Positions 38,000-47,444 of a stretch of DNA of 64,000 bases are shown in pieces (positions within the stretch are counted from its first letter, which is position 1; every line of letters starts with the position of its first letter). This DNA comes from Candidatus Micrarchaeia archaeon (lineage in GTDB: Archaea > Micrarchaeota > Micrarchaeia > CABMEP01). The notes below the pieces were generated by a model. That model had not been told where the DNA came from, did not search any database, and worked only from the letters and a program-made list of their open reading frames with translations. A program made the translations under genes and the position numbers. The stretch covers positions 6,673-70,672 of the forward strand of contig JAVZXS010000002.1 in assembly GCA_038886535.1 (NCBI GenBank), read 5' to 3'.

Positions 38000-40900
38000 A
38001 TGAAAAAATTATCTGTAATTTTGTCTTTCTTTCTTTTTGGACTGCTGAGTGCAGTCTCTATTAATTTAATCTCTCCAGCAAATAACACATTTACAAATCA
38101 AACAACTGTTGCTTTTGTATTTAATGCTACAGATGATGAAAATACAACTCTAAATTGTAGTTTGTATATCAACGACGCTCTCAATATAATAAATGAAACA
38201 GTGGAGAACAGTTCAATTACTAATTTCACACTTACAGATGTTAGTGAAGGAAATTATTTGTGGTATATAAACTGTAGCAATGGAATAGACATAAATACCT
38301 CTGATATTTATAACCTCACAATTGATACATCTGGCTTCATAATCTATTCAATAGGTGCTGCAGAACCAGATCGGTTTGTGTCGAATAATTCTGCAAATAA
38401 TCAGCTAACCTTGATTGTAAATGCATCTGACAATGGACCTGCAGGAATTGATTATTTAACTGCAAACTTCACAGCATTGCAGCAACCAGGACTTGATTAT
38501 GTTAATATGACATATAATGATACAACAGGATTGTGGAATGCAACGATAACAGTTACAGATGTAAGCAATTTTGAATTCACTCCACTTAATGTTTCTGTAT
38601 TCGGTTTCGATAAGGCTGGCAATGGATTGGGCGGAGGACAGTCATCAACTATGTTCACTCTCTACAAATTCAGCCAACCTACATTTGTCGGTAATCCATG
38701 CTACCAATGGGGAGATTCAACAACAGATTTGACCGAAGAAACAGATTTTGAGCATGTAAACTATGTGCTTGAACTACAGGTCAATGTATCTTGCATGATG
38801 GACGGATTGCCACCAGGTTCTCCAAGCTGGATGAATCAGTTTGAAACTGTAGCATTGTTTAACTTTACATCCTTAAACTTTTCCGATCCTTCAACAGGTC
38901 CAAAGCTTGCAGCTCTCGCAAACAACATGCAAGTAAATATCACCCTGCCTGGAGAATTTGGAGATTCAAGAATATATTTCAATACATCATATCTCTCTGA
39001 ATTTAACACAACCGCAGTTGTGAAATTATTCCATCTTCCATTTGTTTCACAACCAAATATTGAACCAGATCCAGACGCAGCAGGTTATGATGACACTTCA
39101 ATTGTGTGGGACCAGGGCGTAGGAGAAGGTAATCTTACCTTCACAGTTTATGGTTTCTCAGGCTACAATATAACTGATGACGTAGCTCCAAACATAACTT
39201 TGAATTCACCAAACCCATCTATGCCATATACCAATGATTCTACCCCAACAATAAACATAACTCTAAATGGAACAAAGACAACAATAAGCTACTTGCTTGT
39301 TCAGATAGATAATACAAGCTATGTGTTTAATTCAACAGTCAACCAAACCAATTGCCAAGCAACTGCAAATCCAGAAATCATGAATTGTGTGTTTGATAGC
39401 AGCAATTTGTCAAACGGACAGCACACTTTGTTCATACTGACGCGTGACTTTGGTGGGGAATCTGGAAACGCAGCAAATTACACAATTAACTTTACAGTAG
39501 ATACTGTAGCTCCAACAGTAAATATCACTTCGCCAACATCAAATTCAATTAAGGGAGAAGTAATACATATACAGATTACTGTTTCTGAGACTGCAGATAC
39601 AAATATTTCAATATACAATAGTACAGGTGCACTAGTTAATTCAACAATGATAAATAACAATACATCAATATCTACTTCATTGTCTGTTCCTGCTGAAGGC
39701 ATTTATTCCTTAGTTGCAACATCCTGTGATATTGCAGGAAACTATGGAAATGCAACAGTTTCAAATATAACAGTTGATATGACAAATCCAGTTGTTGTCA
39801 TATCATTACCAACAAACGATACAGAATTTGATTCCGCAACGATAACAATATCTGGAAATTCAATAGATGAAAATCTGAACTACACAAACATTTCAATCCA
39901 AGTTAGTGGACAGTTAATAAGTTCCACCACAACAACAAATTCATCATGGAGTGTCAAATTAGCAGTTAACGCAAGTTTGAGTGAATATTATATCATGGCA
40001 AAAGCATATGATCTTGCAGGCAATTATGGAATTGTAAATGTAACAAATATAACAGTTAATGATACAACTGCACCATCTGTAACTGCTATAAGCGCAACAA
40101 CTTCAGGATCAACAGTTACACTAAGTGTAACAACAAATGAGTTTGCAGTATGCAGATATTCAACAAGCGACATTGATTACGAAAACATGTCAAACATGAC
40201 AACAACGGGTGAATTATCGCACAGCCATTCAATAACGTACAGTTCAACAACATCTGGAACATTTTATGTCAGGTGTGTAGATCCGATTGGAAATGTAATG
40301 AACTCATCAAACAGTACAACTTTCAGTGTTACAATATCTTCAGGAAGTTCAAGCTCTTCATCATCAACCACAAACCAAACAACAAATGTCACACCATATG
40401 TTCCACCTGTGACACCGCCAACAACACAACCGCAACCTGAAGAAACGCCAGCCCCAACAACCCCTATAAGTGTTGTTTCATCAACTGCTTCAACAGTTGT
40501 GTTTAGCTTGAATGCAGTTGCTGGAGAACAAATAACTATAGATGTTGCAAAGATGGCAAGCGGAGTTGCACAAGGCACTGGAATATCAAAGATATCAATC
40601 GCTACAAGATCAGCAGTGTCTAATGTACAGGTTGCAATAAAGCCTGTAGAAAAACCATCTTCCATTCCAGAGCCAGCAAAGAAGGTTCTCAATTATATAG
40701 AGATTAGCTTTGGAGGAGCAAGCGATGCAGTTCAAAGCGCAAAGATAACATTCACATTGAAGAAGTCAGACATCAGAAAGCAAAACATAGATTCAGATAC
40801 AATCAAGCTCCTAAGATATGCAAACGGACAATGGCAGGAGCTCCAGACAGTGAAAGGATTTGAGGATCTTGAATCAATAACATTTGAAGCAACCACGCCA

Positions 40901-41113
40901 GGCTTCAGCTACTTTGCAATTGCAGGAAGCGAGATACAGGCTCCAGCAGAAACTCCTAAAGTTACAACAACAACTACTGAAGAAGAACCCGGAATAACAG
41001 TGGTTTCTGAAAAGAAGGAGGAGAGCCCGTTAGGATTGATACTGCTGATAGCAGTTATCCTGATAATAGGATACATTGTGCTAAGCAGCCAGAAGCCATG
41101 GAAGACAAAATAA
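38000..41113 (+). CDS. Large S-layer-like surface glycoprotein with a PGF-pre-PGF-type domain and C-terminal TM anchor
   Basis: Signal peptide MKKLSVILSFFLFGLLSAVS. Dozens of N-x-S/T sequons. Repeated Ig-like modules (VAPNITLNSP, VAPTVNITSP, TNPVVVISLP, TAPSVTAIS). Ser/Thr/Pro linker. TTPGFSYFAIAG motif. Terminal TM helix plus a basic tail. Confidence 0.8.
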   Translation: MKKLSVILSFFLFGLLSAVSINLISPANNTFTNQTTVAFVFNATDDENTTLNCSLYINDALNIINETVENSSITNFTLTDVSEGNYLWYINCSNGIDINTSDIYNLTIDTSGFIIYSIGAAEPDRFVSNNSANNQLTLIVNASDNGPAGIDYLTANFTALQQPGLDYVNMTYNDTTGLWNATITVTDVSNFEFTPLNVSVFGFDKAGNGLGGGQSSTMFTLYKFSQPTFVGNPCYQWGDSTTDLTEETDFEHVNYVLELQVNVSCMMDGLPPGSPSWMNQFETVALFNFTSLNFSDPSTGPKLAALANNMQVNITLPGEFGDSRIYFNTSYLSEFNTTAVVKLFHLPFVSQPNIEPDPDAAGYDDTSIVWDQGVGEGNLTFTVYGFSGYNITDDVAPNITLNSPNPSMPYTNDSTPTINITLNGTKTTISYLLVQIDNTSYVFNSTVNQTNCQATANPEIMNCVFDSSNLSNGQHTLFILTRDFGGESGNAANYTINFTVDTVAPTVNITSPTSNSIKGEVIHIQITVSETADTNISIYNSTGALVNSTMINNNTSISTSLSVPAEGIYSLVATSCDIAGNYGNATVSNITVDMTNPVVVISLPTNDTEFDSATITISGNSIDENLNYTNISIQVSGQLISSTTTTNSSWSVKLAVNASLSEYYIMAKAYDLAGNYGIVNVTNITVNDTTAPSVTAISATTSGSTVTLSVTTNEFAVCRYSTSDIDYENMSNMTTTGELSHSHSITYSSTTSGTFYVRCVDPIGNVMNSSNSTTFSVTISSGSSSSSSSTTNQTTNVTPYVPPVTPPTTQPQPEETPAPTTPISVVSSTASTVVFSLNAVAGEQITIDVAKMASGVAQGTGISKISIATRSAVSNVQVAIKPVEKPSSIPEPAKKVLNYIEISFGGASDAVQSAKITFTLKKSDIRKQNIDSDTIKLLRYANGQWQELQTVKGFEDLESITFEATTPGFSYFAIAGSEIQAPAETPKVTTTTTEEEPGITVVSEKKEESPLGLILLIAVILIIGYIVLSSQKPWKTK

Positions 41114-41137
41114 ATTAAATTAAGCCAAGTTGATAAA

Positions 41138-41176
41138 AGGGCGCACGCCCTGCTTTTTATTTTTTATTTATTTTTT
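41138..41176 (+). terminator. GC-rich hairpin plus oligo-T tracts after the S-layer-like gene
   Basis: AGGGC-GCAC-GCCCT followed by T5, T6 and T6 runs. It is the only GC-rich patch in this spacer. Confidence 0.55.
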
Positions 41177-41261
41177 AAGTTCCTTTTCGTATTTTGCTAT
41201 ATTTATATTTCTTTTCTTCTTTAATACCATTGTTTTCAAAAATTGAAACATAGGTGTTTTT

Positions 41262-42131
41262 ATGGAGATAATAGTTGCAGAACCTAAAGGCTTCTGTTTT
41301 GGAGTTAAAAGATCTATTGATATGGTTGAGAAGGCGATCAAGGAAGGAAAGAAAAACATTCAGATCTTTGGTCCTATAGTTCATAATCCTCAACAGATTG
41401 CTCTCCTTGAGAAAAAAGGAGTAAAGATGGTTAATACTATTGATGAGATCCAGCCTGGAACTGTTTTTATCAGGGCACATGGAGTTTCACCAGATGTTTT
41501 CAAAAAGATAAAGGAAAAAGCAGTAGAGGTAATCGATGCAACATGTCCCTTTGTTAAAGTGGAACAGGAATATGCAAGGAAGCTTGCAGAAGAAGGCTAT
41601 CAAGTGATAGTAATAGGTGAAAAAAACCATCCAGAAGCACTAGGCGCACAAGGATATGCTCCGGGTTCTATCATAATAGGAAGTGTTGAAGAAGCAAGAG
41701 GGTTAAAGGAAACACCTAAGATCGGAGCTGTAGTTCAAACTACATTAGAGCCAGAGGCAGTGGATGATATAGTTGCAGAACTTTATCATAAGGCAAAGGA
41801 AGTGAGGGTTTTCAATACAATCTGCCAATCAACAAAGATGAGACAGCCTGCTGCAAGGAAGGTTGCACAGGAAGCTGACATAATGATAGTTGTTGGAGGA
41901 AAAAATAGTGGAAATACAAGAAGGCTTGCTGAGGTTTGCAGCAGAATAAAGCCAACCTATCATATTGAAACCGCTGCCGAGCTTAAAAACGAGTGGTTCA
42001 AAGGAGTAAACAAGGTTGGAATCAGTGCAGGCGCTTCCACCCCTGAATTCATAATTGACGAAGTTATAGAAGCAATAAAGCAAATCGATAAAAAAATTGG
42101 TAAAAATAATGAAAATAAAAGGAAAAAATGA
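41262..42131 (+). CDS. ispH: 4-hydroxy-3-methylbut-2-enyl diphosphate reductase IspH (LytB)
   Basis: EPKGFCFGVKRSI, ATCPFVKV and NTICQST (three cluster Cys). VVGGKNSGNTRRL and SAGASTPE. Confidence 0.9.
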   Translation: MEIIVAEPKGFCFGVKRSIDMVEKAIKEGKKNIQIFGPIVHNPQQIALLEKKGVKMVNTIDEIQPGTVFIRAHGVSPDVFKKIKEKAVEVIDATCPFVKVEQEYARKLAEEGYQVIVIGEKNHPEALGAQGYAPGSIIIGSVEEARGLKETPKIGAVVQTTLEPEAVDDIVAELYHKAKEVRVFNTICQSTKMRQPAARKVAQEADIMIVVGGKNSGNTRRLAEVCSRIKPTYHIETAAELKNEWFKGVNKVGISAGASTPEFIIDEVIEAIKQIDKKIGKNNENKRKK

Positions 42132-42357
42132 GCTGATTTGAACTTCTCAACCTTAGATTATATTTTAGATTATTTAACCCCTTATTTCTGATTTTAAATT
42201 CAGTCCTAACTTTGCAATTGCAAAAACTTATTGAATATGTTTTAAAGATTGCAAAAGATGGATTAGAGCGGGAATAGGGCTCTCAGTGTAGATAGGCGTT
42301 GATTTAACAAAGGTCTACAATTTAAGAAAGGATTATAAATATTTATATATATCAATA

Positions 42358-42383
42358 TGTCAATACAAGTTGTCAATACAAGT
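42358..42383. promoter_or_regulatory. Perfect 13-nt tandem repeat TGTCAATACAAGT x2 between a TATA-like box and the arsR start (candidate operator)
   Basis: Read directly. TTTATATATAT lies at about 42342-42352. GGGG and the ATG at 42390 follow the repeat. Confidence 0.5.
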
Positions 42384-42389
42384 GGGGCT

Positions 42390-42704
42390 ATGGAAAACAT
42401 AAAGGAAACTTTGAAGATTTTGAAGGCATTGTCTGATGAAACAAGGTTAAGAATAGTTTATTTTCTTTTAGATGGCGAAAAATGCGTCTGTGAGATTTTC
42501 CCTCACGTAAAGAGGAGCCAATCAACTGTTTCAATACAGCTGTCAAAACTTGAAAATTTGGGAATTGTTGAATCAGAAAGGAAAGGAAAACAAGTTTTCT
42601 ACAGGATAAAAGACTATCGTGTTTGCGATATTTTCAAGGCGTTGGGTTTTGAGAGAGGGAAAGTATTGAAGAAAGCCTGTTGCATGAAAAGAGGTGAACA
42701 ATAA
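42390..42704 (+). CDS. ArsR/SmtB-family transcriptional regulator
   Basis: LKALSDETRLRIVYFLLDGEKCVCEI, then QSTVSIQLSKLENLGIV wHTH. The ATG at 42390 is preferred to 42357, which lies inside the repeat/promoter. Confidence 0.8.
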   Translation: MENIKETLKILKALSDETRLRIVYFLLDGEKCVCEIFPHVKRSQSTVSIQLSKLENLGIVESERKGKQVFYRIKDYRVCDIFKALGFERGKVLKKACCMKRGEQ

Positions 42705-43810
42705 TGAGGTCTAAATTTTTAGTGCTTGCACTTTTGTTTCTTCTGAGCATCTCTTTCGCTCAGAGTGTTTGTGTTTATTTCTTTTATGGTGACGGATGTC
42801 CACACTGCGCCAAGGTTGAACCATTCATCAATCAAATGAAACAAAAATATCCACAGTTAGAGTTGCACCAGTTTGAGATTTACAATAATAGAAGTAATGC
42901 ACAATTGTTGAATTCTTTTTTTGATTCATACAACATTTCTCAGAAAGAAAGAGGAGTTCCGATTGTTTTTGTTTCAAACTTTTATATTATGGGGGACAGA
43001 CCAATCATTGATAATCTTGAAGAAAAAATTCAAAGTTTAATTGAAACTGGGAGCGAGTGTCCTTCTCCTGAGATCACTGGAGTTTCTGGAATTGCTGAAA
43101 AGGAAGCATTGTCTGGGTTAACACTTGATCTGCCGCAGCTATTTTTTACTGCGACAGGAGCCGCTCTTGTTGATTCGATCAATCCATGTGCGATTGCAGT
43201 GCTCTTGATCCTGTTAACTGCCCTCCTTACAGCTGGAGAAAAGACAAGAGCACTTAAGGCAGGACTTGCATTCATTCTTTCAATCTATATAACTTATTTC
43301 TTATTTGGTCTTGGCCTGTTTCATGCCTTGCAGATAAGCGGACTCTCCTATTGGTTCTACCAAATACTTGGATTCCTTGCAATAGTAATTGGTGTACTTA
43401 ACATAAAAGATTATTTCTGGTATGGTGGGGGAGGATTCGTGATGGAGATTCCTCGTTCTTGGAGGCCTACGCTCAAAAAACTACTGCAAAGTGTCACAAG
43501 TCCCTCTGGAGCATTTCTGATGGGCTTTGTGGTTTGCCTGTTTGAATTGCCATGCACTGGAGGACCATACTTATTTATGACGGGCCTCCTTGCACAGCAG
43601 GTTACTCAAGCAATAGCAATTCCTATCCTTCTCTATTACAATCTTCTGTTTGTTTTGCCTTTGATTGGAATTATTATCTTGCTTTACTTTGGAATGTCAA
43701 AAGTTGAAGAAATGGAGGAATGGAGAACTAGGAATATTCGTCTACTTCATCTCGTGGCAGGTCTTATCATGGTCGCATTAGGTGGTGCAGTTATTCTTAG
43801 GGTTATATGA
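42704..43810 (+). CDS. Fusion of an exported thioredoxin-fold domain (CPHC) with a CcdA/DsbD-like transmembrane thiol-disulfide transporter
   Basis: Signal peptide. FFYGDGCPHCAKVEP. TM core with SINPCAIAVLL and ELPCTGGPY (the two conserved CcdA Cys). TAATG overlap with arsR. Confidence 0.7.
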   Translation: MRSKFLVLALLFLLSISFAQSVCVYFFYGDGCPHCAKVEPFINQMKQKYPQLELHQFEIYNNRSNAQLLNSFFDSYNISQKERGVPIVFVSNFYIMGDRPIIDNLEEKIQSLIETGSECPSPEITGVSGIAEKEALSGLTLDLPQLFFTATGAALVDSINPCAIAVLLILLTALLTAGEKTRALKAGLAFILSIYITYFLFGLGLFHALQISGLSYWFYQILGFLAIVIGVLNIKDYFWYGGGGFVMEIPRSWRPTLKKLLQSVTSPSGAFLMGFVVCLFELPCTGGPYLFMTGLLAQQVTQAIAIPILLYYNLLFVLPLIGIIILLYFGMSKVEEMEEWRTRNIRLLHLVAGLIMVALGGAVILRVI

Positions 43811-43866
43811 TCATTTAGCTACAGATAATATTCACAAAATTATGATGAGACAAGGAGAAGATATAT

Positions 43867-44895
43867 ATGGATCTATTATCGCTTTTGTTTGCTGGCATAA
43901 CTGCTCTTCAAGAATACCTTTTAGAGCATACACTTACATGCCTTATACCTGCATTTTTCATAGCTGGTGCTATTACTGTGGTCATCTCGAAGGAATCTGT
44001 GCTAAAATATCTTGGTGCGAAGACTAAGAAGCGAATATCATATGCAGTAGCATCAATCATAGGAACAATCCTTGCTGTTTGTTCCTGTACTGTTCTTCCT
44101 TTGTTTGCGGGAATTTACAAGAGAGGAGCAGGCCTTGGTCCTGCGATAACTTTTCTTTTTTCTGGGCCAGCAATCAATTTGCTAGCTATCATTTACTCGG
44201 CGAGTCTGTTGGGCATTGATATCGGAATTGCAAGAACAGTAGCAGCCATACTTCTTTCAATAGTAATCGGTCTTATAATGGCTTATCTATTTAGAAATGA
44301 AAAAAGCAAAGGAGATCTGAGCATTGGAGAATCAAAAACCAAACCAACTGTGCAAGTTGTTTCCTTTCTTTCAATTTTAATCCTGATTCTTGTTATTGGA
44401 GCTGCACAAATAGAATTAACATTAAAGTCATTTTTCCTTATCGTTCTGCTTTTCGCTCTTATTGTTGTTCTCAAGATCTGGTATTCAAAGGAAGAGATAA
44501 AGGAATGGCTGAGTGCAACATGGGATTTAGCAAAACAACTTGTTCCATTGCTTTTGATTGGAGTTTTTATTGCAGGAATTATCACTGCAATTGTTCCAAG
44601 AGAACTAATTGAGAATTCCGTCGGAGGAAATTCAATAACCTCAAATTTAGTTGCTTCGATTTTTGGAGCATTCATGTATTTTGCAACTCTTACTGAAGTT
44701 CCGATAGTAAAATCTCTGATGGTTCTTGGGATGGGTAAAGGTCCGGCCCTTGCCTTGCTGCTTGCAGGCCCGTCTTTAAGCCTTCCAAACATGCTTGTAA
44801 TAAACAAAGTTCTTGGGCTTAAGAAAACAGTTGCATATGTTTTCTTAGTAATTATTTTCTCTGCTTTAGCTGGGTTTATTTTCGGAATGCTGTGA
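43867..44895 (+). CDS. COG0701-type permease (two-CxC family, ArsP-like)
   Basis: About 8-10 TM helices. LAVCSCTVLPLF motif and a duplicated half. Confidence 0.7.
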   Translation: MDLLSLLFAGITALQEYLLEHTLTCLIPAFFIAGAITVVISKESVLKYLGAKTKKRISYAVASIIGTILAVCSCTVLPLFAGIYKRGAGLGPAITFLFSGPAINLLAIIYSASLLGIDIGIARTVAAILLSIVIGLIMAYLFRNEKSKGDLSIGESKTKPTVQVVSFLSILILILVIGAAQIELTLKSFFLIVLLFALIVVLKIWYSKEEIKEWLSATWDLAKQLVPLLLIGVFIAGIITAIVPRELIENSVGGNSITSNLVASIFGAFMYFATLTEVPIVKSLMVLGMGKGPALALLLAGPSLSLPNMLVINKVLGLKKTVAYVFLVIIFSALAGFIFGML

Positions 44896-44915
44896 GGTGA
44901 CTGTGAGGTGAAAAA

Positions 44916-45155
44916 ATGGTTAGAATGAAGATTGAAATTTGTGGCTCTGGATGTCCAAAGTGTGTCTCTACAGAATCAGTTGTAAGGAAAGTTGTGAAAA
45001 AACTCGGAATAGACGCTGAGATAAAGAAAGTTTCAGATTTCAATACAATGGCAGATTTGGGGGTGATGATGACTCCTGCAGTGGTAGTAAATGGAAAGGT
45101 GAAGATCCAGGGCAAAATACCAACTGAAGAAGAAATAGAGAAAGTATTGAAATAA
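44916..45155 (+). CDS. Small thioredoxin-fold protein (redox-active disulfide protein 2 type)
   Basis: MKIEICGSGCPKC N-terminus, TPAVVVNGK, 79 aa. Confidence 0.75.
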   Translation: MVRMKIEICGSGCPKCVSTESVVRKVVKKLGIDAEIKKVSDFNTMADLGVMMTPAVVVNGKVKIQGKIPTEEEIEKVLK

Positions 45156-45202
45156 AAAGATAAATAATAAAAAAATAAATAATCAAATTAAATTTTAGTC
45201 CA

Positions 45203-46159
45203 TCAATCTCTTATTCCTTCAGGTGTGACTTTGAACACACATTCTCCTTCGGGCATGTTCGGCGAGTCTATAAGTCTTGCGATTCTTTTTTCTTCTTTTC
45301 CTCTTCTTACATATACCCTATATGTTGATTGATGCGCTAGAACGTGCCCTCCAATAGGAGTTGTAGGATCGCCGAATAGGATTGCAGGATTATCCATTAC
45401 TTGGTTTGTAATGTAAACTGCAACATTGTATGTATCAGCAAGTCTTTGGAGTGCACGGATATGTCTGTTTAATTTTTGCTGCCTTTCTCCAAGAGCGCCC
45501 CTTCCTACATAATCTGATCTAAATTGAGAGGTCAAAGAATCAACTATAATTAGTTTTATGTTCTCTTTCTTTATCAGTTCGTCAGCCTTTTCAATTAGAA
45601 GAATTTGATGATCTGAATTCATAGCTCTTGCAACATGGATATTCTTCAAGACCTGATCCGGATCCATTCCTTGTGCTTCTGCTATCTGTCTTATTCTTTC
45701 TGGTCTGAATGTTGCTTCAGAATCTATGAAAAGTACTTTTCCGCCAAGCCCTCCTTGACCTTCAGGCTTTTGTACATTTACTGCAAGTTGGAATCCAACT
45801 TGTGTTTTCCCTGAACCAAATTTACCGAAGAATTCTGTTATCGCTTGCGTTTCTACTCCTCCTCCAAGCAATTCATCAAGTTCCTTTGATCCTGTGCTAA
45901 TCTTTGCAATTTGTTTTCTTCTCTCGTAAACCTGATCTCCTGTTTCAAATCCAATTTCCGTTGCTTTCTTTGCAGCTTCTATTGCTTTTTTCGCATTGTC
46001 AACACTAATTTCACCTATCTCTGCAAGTTCATGTGGAGACGCAGTTGCAATCTTTTCAATAGTATCATATCCCTCTGCTCTGAGCTTTTCAGCAGTTGCA
46101 GGCCCTATACCTGGAAGATCTTCTAATTCTTTTACATACTCACTTTTTTCCTTTGCCAT
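45203..46159 (-). CDS. radA: DNA repair and recombination protein RadA
   Basis: N-terminal Hh[16 protein letters not shown]. Walker [10 protein letters not shown]. Walker B LIIVDS. No intein. Confidence 0.95.
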   Translation of the reverse strand: MAKEKSEYVKELEDLPGIGPATAEKLRAEGYDTIEKIATASPHELAEIGEISVDNAKKAIEAAKKATEIGFETGDQVYERRKQIAKISTGSKELDELLGGGVETQAITEFFGKFGSGKTQVGFQLAVNVQKPEGQGGLGGKVLFIDSEATFRPERIRQIAEAQGMDPDQVLKNIHVARAMNSDHQILLIEKADELIKKENIKLIIVDSLTSQFRSDYVGRGALGERQQKLNRHIRALQRLADTYNVAVYITNQVMDNPAILFGDPTTPIGGHVLAHQSTYRVYVRRGKEEKRIARLIDSPNMPEGECVFKVTPEGIRD

Positions 46160-46376
46160 ACTATCACCAATAATCCACTACAATAAATCCCGATTATTAT
46201 ATATTAGTATTTTGAAAACTAATTTATTTATAATTAACTTCTTTTTTATATTAACTTACATATTTATATATCTCATCTAACCTCATTTCCAGTGATTCTA
46301 GAAGGAGTGTTCTTTTAATAAATATTTTTTCATTTTTAATATTATTTTTTTTAGTTTTATTAATATAATTATCATC

Positions 46377-47333
46377 TCATTCATTTGCAAAATCGATAAT
46401 TCTTTCTAATGATTCTTGTGGTGTTTCAATTGTATTAAGGAAGATGATGTCACATTTCTGAAGTAATCTTTCATATGCGCTTTTTCTTACTTCAGTCTTC
46501 CAGCTATTTTTTTGTAGCCAGTGTGGATTAAAGAAATCATTATTTACTAAATGCTTTAGTGCTTCTTTTACAGTTAATCTTGTAACAACAGGCTTATTCA
46601 TCTCTCTCCTTAGGATTATGAATTTATTTATATCAACAGAATCAGCTATTTTTTCTTTCCCTACAACCTTTGAAAGATTAAGTATAGCTCTTTCTTTATT
46701 ATCTATCTTTGCAAACCTCATTATATCTTTATATTCTTTCCAACTTTTGCTGAGGTCGGCTCTAATATATGTATTTTTTTCACTTCTGTATCCCATTGCT
46801 GTTCCATTTATGAACTTAAAATAAAACCAATCATCAGCTACTATCTTTGTATTTTGTTTTGTCAAAAGCCCATAGCTTAATGTTGTTTTTCCAGTTCCTG
46901 AAGGGCCTAGGATGCAAGTTCCATTCCCATTTACATTTAGTAATGCTGCATGGGCTGAAAATATATTATGGTTATCCTCTAATACATCTCCTATAAGTGC
47001 TAATGCAACTGATTTTAGCCATCCATAGTAATCATTATTTTTGAAGAAAGCAGTTCTTGATTTAGGGTCATATTGTACAGTTGGAATTCCTTTAGCAGCA
47101 GATCCAGATTCGATTGATAATAGCTTTGCATGCGATCTTATTCCTTCATCAATGAAAAACCAGTTTTCATCCCATTGGTCTTCCCATTCTTCGCTATCAG
47201 AATAGAAATGAAGGCATGCTCCACTTATGTTTGCCTTTCTTTCAAAAATTATGGAAGGAATGTACTTTTTGTATATTCTTTCCTTTTCATCTATGCTTAT
47301 TATTTTTTTAACATATTTAGATTTAGTAGACAT
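46377..47333 (-). CDS. P-loop protein resembling the HPr-kinase C-terminal (HprK-related kinase) fold
   Basis: AALLNVNGNGTCILGPSGTGKTTLSYGLL...IVADDWFYF parallels HprK (G.G.LI.G.SG.GKS...L.......L..DD). Confidence 0.4.
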   Translation of the reverse strand: MSTKSKYVKKIISIDEKERIYKKYIPSIIFERKANISGACLHFYSDSEEWEDQWDENWFFIDEGIRSHAKLLSIESGSAAKGIPTVQYDPKSRTAFFKNNDYYGWLKSVALALIGDVLEDNHNIFSAHAALLNVNGNGTCILGPSGTGKTTLSYGLLTKQNTKIVADDWFYFKFINGTAMGYRSEKNTYIRADLSKSWKEYKDIMRFAKIDNKERAILNLSKVVGKEKIADSVDINKFIILRREMNKPVVTRLTVKEALKHLVNNDFFNPHWLQKNSWKTEVRKSAYERLLQKCDIIFLNTIETPQESLERIIDFANE

Positions 47334-47351
47334 ATGTTAATGGTTGGAAGG

Positions 47352-47369
47352 TAATATTTATAATATTTA
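47352..47369. repeat. Perfect 9-nt tandem repeat TAATATTTA x2 in the pilin-operon promoter region
   Basis: Read directly. Confidence 0.85.
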
Positions 47370-47389
47370 CACGTGTATATAAAATGTCA

Positions 47390-47413
47390 GCATGCTAGTT
47401 ACTCTAGCAATGC
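47390..47413. promoter_or_regulatory. Near-perfect palindrome GCATGCTAG-TTACT-CTAGCAATGC between a TATA-like box (47376-47384) and the SD/ATG of pilin gene 1
   Basis: Read directly. A 9-bp stem with one bulged A. It is the GC-richest element of the spacer and sits where a TSS or operator would lie. Confidence 0.45.
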
Positions 47414-47444
47414 ATTTACGTTCTAAAAACAAAGGTGAGATAAT

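Noticed and set aside
41168-41480. Minus-strand ORFs of 63 and 101 aa between the S-layer-like gene and ispH
   Set aside because: They overlap the terminator/promoter spacer and the 5' end of ispH, and show no coding signal.
42132-42340. Possible small RNA in the 225-nt ispH-arsR spacer (short hairpins AGAGC-N9-GCTCT and GTAGA-N21-TCTAC)
   Set aside because: The stems are only 5 bp, there is no recognisable RNA family architecture, and no terminator follows. The evidence is insufficient.
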